Part shown: one piece after another, positions 1 through 6,522 of the stretch
Position numbering within the stretch: position 1 is the first letter of the stretch
Layout of the letters: every line of letters begins with the position of its first letter
From: Schaalia odontolytica
GTDB lineage: Bacteria; Actinomycetota; Actinomycetes; Actinomycetales; Actinomycetaceae
Length of the DNA: 32,000 bases
Reading direction: 5' to 3'
Assembly: GCF_005696695.1 (NCBI RefSeq)
Contig: NZ_CP040006.1
Span: 990,001 to 1,022,000, forward strand
Position numbers and translations under genes: made by a program
Notes under the pieces: generated by a model
Told to the model about the DNA's origin: nothing
The model's database searches: none
Seen by the model: only the letters and a program-made list of their open reading frames with translations

Positions 1-25
1 CAAGGCTCGCACTCCTCGCCCGTTG

Positions 26-517
26 TCAGGCGATCTCTTCGAATCCGAGAACCGAGTAGAGTTCGCGGGCCCCGCCGTGGCGCGTATCCAGGCGCAGGGC
101 GAGGGTGTCGAATCCCCACTGCGAGCAGCGCGTCGCGACCTCGGAGACGAGGGCGGTCGCGATGCCGCGCCTGCGGTAGTCGGGGGCGACGATCAGGTCC
201 ACCACGAAGGGGCCGTCCGGCGCATCATCCCAGGGGGATTCGCGGACGACGAGGATCGCTCCGACGAGCGTTCCCCCGTCCCAGGCGCCGATGAACGAGT
301 CTTCCGTGGTCGCCCCGAAAGCGCCCTCAAACGTCAGGCGTAGTTCTTCGGAGGTTTCCAAGAGCGCCTCGGGCGTGACGTCGTCGTCGTACGCCTCGAG
401 GGTGAGCACCGCGAGCGCGGGGATGTCGAATGTTGTGAGCGTGGCGATCTCAATACCCTGAGGCCGATTCGCCGCTGACAACGCGTCCAGGGGGGCATGT
501 AGAGTTCGAGCTTCCAT
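26..517 (-). CDS. GNAT family N-acetyltransferase (163 aa)
   Basis: This is the C-terminal 163 codons of track ORF 26..769. It carries an acetyl-CoA-binding core of GNAT type (DLIVAPDYRRRGIATALV...LRLDT...GARELYSVLGF). The start was moved to ATG 515-517 because the 84 upstream codons are Ser/Arg/Pro-rich and overlap the cysE 3' end. A -35/-10 pair sits directly in front of this ATG. Confidence 0.8.
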   Translation of the reverse strand: MEARTLHAPLDALSAANRPQGIEIATLTTFDIPALAVLTLEAYDDDVTPEALLETSEELRLTFEGAFGATTEDSFIGAWDGGTLVGAILVVRESPWDDAPDGPFVVDLIVAPDYRRRGIATALVSEVATRCSQWGFDTLALRLDTRHGGARELYSVLGFEEIA

Positions 518-523
518 AAACCA

Positions 524-552
524 ACTATAGGTGAGGATGCTCACTTTGTCAT
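524..552 (-). promoter_or_regulatory. sigma-70-like promoter, apparently producing a leaderless GNAT mRNA
   Basis: On the minus strand the layout is ATGACA (547-552), a 17 nt spacer, TATAGT (524-529), then 6 nt (TGGTTT), then ATG at 517. There is no Shine-Dalgarno sequence between the -10 and the ATG. Confidence 0.45.
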
Positions 553-602
553 GGGTCTTGAACGGATTCTCACAGACCGCATCTGACGAGGGCGAATGCC
601 CC

Positions 603-1247
603 TCAGATGTAGAGGGCCGGCTCCTCGAAGAAGTAGTTGGGATCGACGATGAGATCGCGGTCGCGCGTATCCTTTTCCGGCTTGGGCAGCAGACGCGCGG
701 GCACGCCGATTGCGACGTTGCCACAGGGCACGTCCTTGACGACGACGGCGTTCGCGCCGATCTTGACACCCGTGCCCACGGTGATGGGTCCCAGTACCTT
801 TGCGCCCGCCCCGATCATGACGTGGTCACCGACGGTGGGGTGGCGCTTGCCCGGCGTCATGGCGACGCCGCCGAGGGTGACGCCGTGGAAGATGACGACA
901 TCGTTGCCGACCTCGGCGGTCTGGCCGATGACGACGCCCGTCGCATGATCGATGAAGACGCGGCGCCCGATGGTGGCCTCGGGATGAATGTCCACGCCGG
1001 TGACGGCTCGGGCCATGGAGGACAGGACGCGCGCGGGGGTGCGGGCACCGTGAGCCCACAGAGCGTGGGAGACGCGGTGAGTCCACAGGGCGTGCACGCC
1101 CGGGTAGGTCAGTGCGATCTCCAGGGCGGAGGTGGCCGCGGGGTCGCGGCGCTGCGCCGTCACGAGGTCCTCTCGGAAGAGCCCGAGCGCCCGGGTGGGC
1201 AGGGCGCGCGAGAGGGTCTTCGACAGGGCGCGTACTGTGAGCTTCAC
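603..1247 (-). CDS. cysE: serine O-acetyltransferase
   Basis: The protein has left-handed beta-helix hexapeptide repeats (GVVIGQTAEVGNDVVIFHGVTLGG...GDHVMIGAGAKVLGPITVGTGVKIGANAVV) and an N-terminal RRDPAA...LTYPGVHALW block typical of CysE. GTG 1247 is preferred because AGGAGG lies 5 nt upstream. In-frame alternatives are ATG 1301 and GTG 1316 (the track ORF start). Confidence 0.9.
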   Translation of the reverse strand: MKLTVRALSKTLSRALPTRALGLFREDLVTAQRRDPAATSALEIALTYPGVHALWTHRVSHALWAHGARTPARVLSSMARAVTGVDIHPEATIGRRVFIDHATGVVIGQTAEVGNDVVIFHGVTLGGVAMTPGKRHPTVGDHVMIGAGAKVLGPITVGTGVKIGANAVVVKDVPCGNVAIGVPARLLPKPEKDTRDRDLIVDPNYFFEEPALYI

Positions 1248-1339
1248 GAGTTCCTCCTGGATGGTCGACTGAGACGGAAACGGACAGGTGGCCCCGGACA
1301 TTCCATCCGGGGCCACCTTAGCGCGTCAAGCTGGAAAGA

Positions 1340-2272
1340 TCAGTCCTCGAGGCCCGCGAACAGGGCAGTCGAGAGGTAACGCTCACCCGTGTCGGGCAGG
1401 AGCGTGACGATCTTCTTGCCGGCCAGCTCGGGACGAGCGGCGACGGCGGCTGTGCCCGCCAGGGCAGCGCCCGAGGAGATGCCCACGAGCAGACCCTCTT
1501 CGGCGGCAGCGCGGCGAGCGAACTCGAGGGCCTGTGCGGTCTCGACAGAGATGACCTCGTCCACGATGTCCGCGTCGAAGGTGTCGGGCACGAAGTTGGG
1601 CATGAGGCCCTGGATGCCGTGCGGGCCGGGGGTACCGCCGGTCAGCAGGGGAGACTCGGCGGGCTGAACGGCGATGATGCGCACGTTCGGGTTCTTCTCC
1701 TTGAGGACCTTCGCGACGCCCGAGATGGTGCCACCCGTGCCAACGCCGGCGACGAAGACGTCAACCTGGCCGTCGGTGTCGGCCCAGATCTCCTCGCCGG
1801 TGTGCGCCACGTGGGCGGCCGGGTTGGCGGGGTTGGTGAACTGGGAGGCGATGATGGCGCCGGGACGCTCGGAAGCGATGCGCTCGGCCTCGGCAACGGC
1901 CGCGGAGACGCCGCCCTTCGGGTCGGTGAGGACCAGCTCGGCGCCGAATGCGCGCACGATCGCTCGGCGCTCGACGGACATCGAGGCGGGCATGACGATG
2001 ACGACCTTGTAGCCGCGTGCCGCGCCCACCATCGACAGGGCGATACCCGTGTTACCGGAGGTGGCCTCGACGATCGTGCCGCCGGGGGCCAGGGCGCCCG
2101 AGGCCTCGGCCGCGTCGATGATCGAACGGGCGATGCGATCCTTCACGGAGGAGGCGGGGTTGAAGGCCTCGACCTTCGCGACCACGTCGACGCCGTCACC
2201 GGCAACGTGGTTAATTCGGACGAGGGGGGTGCCGCCGATCAGATCGGCGACGGTGGAGGCGATACGAGCCAT
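1340..2272 (-). CDS. cysK: cysteine synthase A (O-acetylserine sulfhydrylase), 310 aa
   Basis: The PLP-lysine region NPASSVKDRIA, SGNTGIALS and the GVGTGGTISG loop are present. AGGAAGGA lies upstream of the ATG. The gene sits immediately upstream of cysE on the same strand. Confidence 0.95.
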   Translation of the reverse strand: MARIASTVADLIGGTPLVRINHVAGDGVDVVAKVEAFNPASSVKDRIARSIIDAAEASGALAPGGTIVEATSGNTGIALSMVGAARGYKVVIVMPASMSVERRAIVRAFGAELVLTDPKGGVSAAVAEAERIASERPGAIIASQFTNPANPAAHVAHTGEEIWADTDGQVDVFVAGVGTGGTISGVAKVLKEKNPNVRIIAVQPAESPLLTGGTPGPHGIQGLMPNFVPDTFDADIVDEVISVETAQALEFARRAAAEEGLLVGISSGAALAGTAAVAARPELAGKKIVTLLPDTGERYLSTALFAGLED

Positions 2273-2308
2273 GAGGAGTCCTTCCTAAGCAGGTGTACCC
2301 CTGAATTG

Positions 2309-2965
2309 TCATCCCGCGCTCGGAGCCTCGTCTAGTTCAATCCGCCGTGTTTCCACGTAGCGAAACTTTGCAACACCGGATGAGGCCTGGGCCAGGCACG
2401 CGTCAATCGCGTCTCGGTCGCTCGGATCAATGGCGATACGCAGCGTGACGTCCGCGCCCCAGATCGTGTCGATGATCGCGGCTCCTCGCGCGCGAAGCTC
2501 GGCTTCAATGCGACCCGCGTCCCCGGGGCTCAGCTGGGTTTCGAGGACGTCACGCCCGACGAGGTAGGCGATGGGGGCGCGGGCGACGGCCTCGGAGACT
2601 GAGGTGGAGTAGGCCCGCACGAGGCCACCCCCGCCCAGGAGGATTCCGCCGAAGTATCGGGTGACGACCGCCGTCGCGTTCCACGTGTCGGAGGCACGGA
2701 GGGCCTCCAGCATCGGGGTCCCGGCCGTGCCCGAGGGCTCGCCATCGTCCGATGAATGCTGCAAAGGTGCGGCATCCGGCGGGTCGATCAGGTATGCGGA
2801 GCAGTTATGGCGGGCCTGCGGATGCTCGGCTTTGACCGCGTCGATGAGCTCGCGAGCCTCCTCGGGGGTGTCCGTCCTAGCGAGCGTCGTAATGAATCGG
2901 GAACGCTTGATTTCAATCTCGTGGGTGAGGAGCGTGCCGGAGGCGAGCGTGCGAAGAACGGACAT
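2309..2965 (-). CDS. yigZ: YigZ / IMPACT (UPF0029) family protein, 218 aa
   Basis: Family-typical blocks IKRSRFI, HNCSAYL, DDGEPSGTAGTPML and VVTRYFGGILLGGGGLVRAY are present. The stop is only 36 nt upstream of the cysK start. Confidence 0.8.
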   Translation of the reverse strand: MSVLRTLASGTLLTHEIEIKRSRFITTLARTDTPEEARELIDAVKAEHPQARHNCSAYLIDPPDAAPLQHSSDDGEPSGTAGTPMLEALRASDTWNATAVVTRYFGGILLGGGGLVRAYSTSVSEAVARAPIAYLVGRDVLETQLSPGDAGRIEAELRARGAAIIDTIWGADVTLRIAIDPSDRDAIDACLAQASSGVAKFRYVETRRIELDEAPSAG

Positions 2966-3140
2966 GAGCCCAGTCTAAGGGAGAGAACATGCCCTCAGTC
3001 TGTAACCAGGATCGCAGGCCCGTAGGCTCTCGCGATGTGCTTCAGAGGCTGGTCCGTGGTAGTCTTGTCGGGTTGTCGCCGTGCGCCCGCGTGGCGCACC
3101 GATCAGAATAGTCGTCGAGAAAGAAGAGGAGCGGTAAGAC

Positions 3141-3311
3141 ATGGCAGTTCCCAAGCGCAAGATGTCCCGTGCGAACACCCGCACCCGCCGGTCTACCTGG
3201 AAGGCTGATCTTACCGAGCTGAACACCGTCAAGGTTGCCGGCCGTGAGATCCGCGTGCCCCGCCGCCTGGCCAAGGCCTACAAGAACGGCCTCCTGGACG
3301 TCGAGGGCTGA
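3141..3311 (+). CDS. rpmF: 50S ribosomal protein L32 (56 aa)
   Basis: Hand translation gives [56 protein letters not shown]. The MAVPKRK(x)SR start is the L32 signature. GAGGAG lies 9 nt upstream and a hairpin terminator follows. The gene is absent from the ORF track because it is under 60 aa. Confidence 0.9.
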   Translation: MAVPKRKMSRANTRTRRSTWKADLTELNTVKVAGREIRVPRRLAKAYKNGLLDVEG

Positions 3312-3328
3312 CCTCGCATCCACGCACG

Positions 3329-3357
3329 GGCCCGGGACTTATCGTCCCGGGCCTTTG
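3329..3357 (+). terminator. intrinsic terminator after rpmF
   Basis: The stem is GGCCCGGGA (3329-3337) paired with TCCCGGGCC (3345-3353), with a 7-nt loop, followed by TTTGT. Confidence 0.6.
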
Positions 3358-3441
3358 TCATGCCCGCAATTCCTGCGCGTTCGACGAAAACCCTTCCGGT
3401 CGTCGGCGCGCGCTTAATCCCAGTACCGAAAAGGAACGCAC

Positions 3442-4713
3442 ATGAGCCTGCCATTGTCTCTGCCCGCCGCGAGCGGGGGAGTGGGCCACGGCCTCGTCGC
3501 CGCGTCGAGCACGAGTGGCACCGAGGGAGCCATCGTCTCCCTCTTCCTGATTGCCGCCGCTGCGGCCATCGCGCCCCTGCTGTCCTCGCTCACGCGCAAG
3601 CGCGTGCCCGACGTCGTCTGGCTGCTCATCCTCGGCGTCATCATCGGGCCGAACGTTCTCGGGCTCGCATCCCTCACCGAGCCGATCTCCGTGTTCCGCG
3701 AGGTCGGCATGGGCATGCTCTTCCTCATCGCGGGCACCGAAATCGACGTCGAAGAGGTGCATGGGCGGGCGGGGAGACGCTCGCTGCTCACGTGGCTGGC
3801 GTGCTTCGGTATCGGCCTGGCCGTCTCCTGGGTGGCGGTCGCCGCGTCGGGGACGACGGGTGTCGCCGCCGCCACCTACATCGCGCTCGCGATCGCGCTG
3901 ACCTCGACCGCGCTCGGCACCCTGCTGCCCATCCTCATGGAGGCCGGCGTCATGGGGACGACGATCGGCAAGGCTGTCCTCGTCCACGGCGCCGTCGGCG
4001 AACTCGCACCCATCATCGCCATGTCGCTGCTGCTCTCCGCCCGTAGCCCCTGGGCGTCAGCGATTATTCTTCTCGTGTTCGCTCTCGCGTCGGTCGTTGC
4101 CGTCGCCCTTCCGACGCGTTTCATCCTCAAGCACCCCGCGTTCGGGCGGACCATCCTGCACGGGGCGCAGACCTCGCAAAAGACGCTCATGCGCGTCGTC
4201 ATGGTTGTCCTCACCGGCCTCATGGCGCTGTCCGCGGTCATGGAACTGGACATGGTGCTCGGCGCGTTCGCGGCCGGCATCATCGTGCGCGCGCTGGCGC
4301 CCGGCAACTTCACGATGGTCGAGGGGGAGCTGCGCACCCTCGGATTCTCCTTCCTGATCCCGCTGTTCTTCGTCACCTCGGGCATGAACATCTCGCTGCG
4401 CGCCGTCGCGGGCTACCCGTTCCTGCTCATCGCCTTCGTCGGAGCGATTCTCGTGGTGCGCGGCGTGCCCATCGTCCTTCTCGAACGTTTCCACGGATCG
4501 ATCGAGCGAGTCGGCTGGACGGACGCGACGCGCATCGGCCTGTACGGTGCTACCGGCCTGCCCATCATCGTCGCCGTCACCGAGCTGGGGGTCACGACGG
4601 GTGTTCTGCCCTCGTGGCTTGCCTCCCTGCTGGTTGTTGCTGGCGCGATGTCCGTGCTGCTCTTCCCGTTGGTCGCCTTCCTGCTGGGCCGCGCTGGTGG
4701 AAAGGCGCGCTAA
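3442..4713 (+). CDS. cation:proton antiporter (Na+/H+ exchanger, CPA family), 423 aa
   Basis: The protein is polytopic and hydrophobic throughout, with an N-terminal LLILGVIIGPNVLGL motif and later EVGMGMLFLIAG / GLPIIVAV blocks typical of Na_H_Exchanger proteins. AAAGGAA lies upstream of the ATG. Confidence 0.85.
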   Translation: MSLPLSLPAASGGVGHGLVAASSTSGTEGAIVSLFLIAAAAAIAPLLSSLTRKRVPDVVWLLILGVIIGPNVLGLASLTEPISVFREVGMGMLFLIAGTEIDVEEVHGRAGRRSLLTWLACFGIGLAVSWVAVAASGTTGVAAATYIALAIALTSTALGTLLPILMEAGVMGTTIGKAVLVHGAVGELAPIIAMSLLLSARSPWASAIILLVFALASVVAVALPTRFILKHPAFGRTILHGAQTSQKTLMRVVMVVLTGLMALSAVMELDMVLGAFAAGIIVRALAPGNFTMVEGELRTLGFSFLIPLFFVTSGMNISLRAVAGYPFLLIAFVGAILVVRGVPIVLLERFHGSIERVGWTDATRIGLYGATGLPIIVAVTELGVTTGVLPSWLASLLVVAGAMSVLLFPLVAFLLGRAGGKAR

Positions 4714-4748
4714 CCTCCGCTAGTCTTACAGGCGGCGCACCGCGCCAC

Positions 4749-4824
4749 GCCTCCGTAGCTCAATGGATAGAGCAAGGGCCTTCTAATCCCGAGGTTGCAG
4801 GTTCGAGTCCTGTCGGAGGCGCCA
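4749..4824 (+). tRNA. tRNA-Arg (anticodon UCU), CCA encoded
   Basis: Cloverleaf read by hand: acceptor GCCTCCG/CGGAGGC (7 perfect bp), D arm GCTC-AATGGATA-GAGC, anticodon loop CTTCTAA, T arm GCAGG-TTCGAGT-CCTGT, discriminator G then CCA. The anticodon stem has only 3 G-C pairs, flanked by A-G and C-U mismatches. Confidence 0.85.
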
Positions 4825-4906
4825 GCTTGTGATGCGGGTGCTCCCACGAAGCATCGTTGTCGGTCGTTATGTGGCTGCCCGAACCGGGGTAGCGTGGCAT
4901 AATGGG

Positions 4907-4940
4907 GGGGAGCCGAACAGTTGCCGCTGTTCGACTCCCC
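4907..4940. terminator. bidirectional hairpin between tRNA-Arg and the small minus-strand ORF
   Basis: GGGGAGCCGAACAG (4907-4920) pairs with CTGTTCGACTCCCC (4927-4940), giving a 14-bp stem with one C-A mismatch and a 6-nt loop. GGTTTCC follows on the plus strand and CCCATTATG on the minus strand, so the U-tracts are weak. Confidence 0.4.
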
Positions 4941-4956
4941 GGTTTCCGGGATGGTC

Positions 4957-5100
4957 TTAGCTCCCCATCAGGGCGCTAAGCAGGAATGCAATCGCCCAGA
5001 TCAGCTGCGGCAGTGTCGTGATCACTGCTACAGCGATCTGGGCTTTCTGCTTCCCGTCACAACCTCGCCGCCGTTGGGGCTGGCGGTGGTCTTTGGCCAT
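4957..5100 (-). CDS. hypothetical small tail-anchored membrane protein (47 aa)
   Basis: Hand translation gives MAKDHRQPQRRRGCDGKQKAQIAVAVITTLPQLIWAIAFLLSALMGS*. GAGAGGAGGTGA ends about 8 nt upstream of the ATG. The hairpin at 4907-4940 begins 17 nt after the stop. The N-terminus is basic and the C-terminal half could form one transmembrane helix. No family was recognised, and the ORF is below the track cutoff. Confidence 0.4.
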   Translation of the reverse strand: MAKDHRQPQRRRGCDGKQKAQIAVAVITTLPQLIWAIAFLLSALMGS

Positions 5101-5459
5101 TGCCCAGTCACCTCCTCTCAACGGAACCGCTCCCCGGCAGGAATACAGGTGTCCCGGGGCGGTGCCGTGGAGGCAGCACTATCGTCGCACTGTGTACAGT
5201 TATCTCTGGCACGGATGTGAGACAGCGCTGTCACAAACTCCCGTTACGTGGACCCCTCCTGCGCCACCTGCACGAAGGCGGACATACTGGGGTCATGAAC
5301 GCACGAACGAACACCACCCGTCGCATGTGCGGGTCTATTCGTGCCCGAATGTGCAGCTGACGCCGACGTCCGCCATTTCCTAGGCTCGCGCTCCACCACC
5401 ACACCTTCCGCGCCAACGCGCACCCACGTGGAAGCCAGCCGCCACCCGAGAGTTACACC

Positions 5460-6443
5460 GTGCCCTTCTCAGACGACGCCTACGCCTGTCCCTGCACCCA
5501 CGACCACGAGCCCACGCTCCTGTCCTTCGAGGTCATGCCCCCGCGCAAGCCCTCACTGGAAGAACCCTTCTGGAACACTGTCGATCAGCTGCTGCGCGTG
5601 CGTCCCGACTTCATGTCCGTCACCTACGGCGCGGGCGGTAAGGATCGCTCCAACGCCCGCGCGACGGTCCGCCGCCTCGTGCGTGACACCCCGATCCAGC
5701 CGATCGCGCACCTGACCTGCGTGGGTAACTCGACCGAAGAGGTCGTCTCCACCGTCTACGACTACCTCGACTCTGGCGTGCGCACCTTCCTGGCCCTGCG
5801 CGGAGACCCGCCGGTGGGACAGGAAGGTTGGGAGCCCGGCCCGGGCGGCGTCGGCAGCGCCACTGAGCTCATCCACCTGATCCGTACCGTCGAAAAGCGC
5901 CGCTGCGACGCCCATCCTGGCGAGGCGCTGCGCTCCGCCTTCAAGCCCCTGACGATCGCCGTCGCTGCGTTCCCCGCGGGCAACCCGGCAGCCGGAACCA
6001 CGCCCGCTCAGGAAGTCGAGCGCCTCCTCGTCAAGCAGGCCGCAGGCGCCTCCTTCGCAATTACGCAGCTCTTCTGGGACGCCGAGGTCTACGCCTCCTT
6101 CGTCGAACGCGCCCGCCGCGCCGGCGTCACCATCCCGATCGTGCCCGGCCTGCTGCCGGCCACCGACCCGGCCCGTCTGCGCCGCGTCCAAGACCTCACC
6201 GGTATTGAGGTCCCCGAATACCTGCTGACGACGCTCGCCGACTACCCCCACCAGGAGGCGCGCGACGAGTTCGGTGCCGTCTTCGGCTCGCGTCTCTTCC
6301 ACTCTGTCCTGGAGGCGGGCGCGCCAGGCGTCCACCTCTACACCTTCAACCGCTCCAAGCCCGTCTTGGACATCCTCACCCTCTTGGGAGTCAAGCCTGA
6401 CCCACTGCGGTCCCAGGCCTCGGCCCCCGACACCCGCGCCTGA
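5460..6443 (+). CDS. metF: methylenetetrahydrofolate reductase, 327 aa (GTG start)
   Basis: MTHFR blocks are present: LSFEVMPPRKP, MSVTYGAGG, IAHLTCVG, LALRGDPP and FPAGNP. The gene lies directly upstream of metE. Confidence 0.9.
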   Translation: MPFSDDAYACPCTHDHEPTLLSFEVMPPRKPSLEEPFWNTVDQLLRVRPDFMSVTYGAGGKDRSNARATVRRLVRDTPIQPIAHLTCVGNSTEEVVSTVYDYLDSGVRTFLALRGDPPVGQEGWEPGPGGVGSATELIHLIRTVEKRRCDAHPGEALRSAFKPLTIAVAAFPAGNPAAGTTPAQEVERLLVKQAAGASFAITQLFWDAEVYASFVERARRAGVTIPIVPGLLPATDPARLRRVQDLTGIEVPEYLLTTLADYPHQEARDEFGAVFGSRLFHSVLEAGAPGVHLYTFNRSKPVLDILTLLGVKPDPLRSQASAPDTRA

Positions 6444-6522
6444 GCGCACCACCATCCACCCTGCGGCAGGGTGCGGGGTTTCCCGCGCACGCCGAACGAG
6501 TAGCACACCCAAGGAGAAAACC

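Noticed and set aside
5130-5300. A cobalamin riboswitch call upstream of metF-metE.
   Set aside because: Fragments resembling the conserved elements occur in the right order. However, the B12 box is poor (GGTCATGAACGCACG) and the CCACTG-to-GGGAAGG spacing is only 3 nt, which is too short for the expected hairpin. This cannot be supported without a covariance-model search and is kept only as a leader-region hypothesis.
4825-5460. A possible genomic island or integration site downstream of tRNA-Arg.
   Set aside because: There is no integrase or recombinase ORF. I found no direct repeat of the tRNA 3' end downstream, and core genes (metF-metE) resume after only about 630 bp.
6274-6522. N-terminal extensions of track ORFs: metE 6274-6522, ilvA 11237-11575, ettA 27177-27275, birA 26958-27032, the SSB-like gene 12149-12214, GNAT 518-769 and fas 22696-22719.
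   Set aside because: The extensions are Ser/Pro/Arg-rich or overlap neighbouring genes. Internal starts with good SD sequences give N-termini that match the expected family N-termini.
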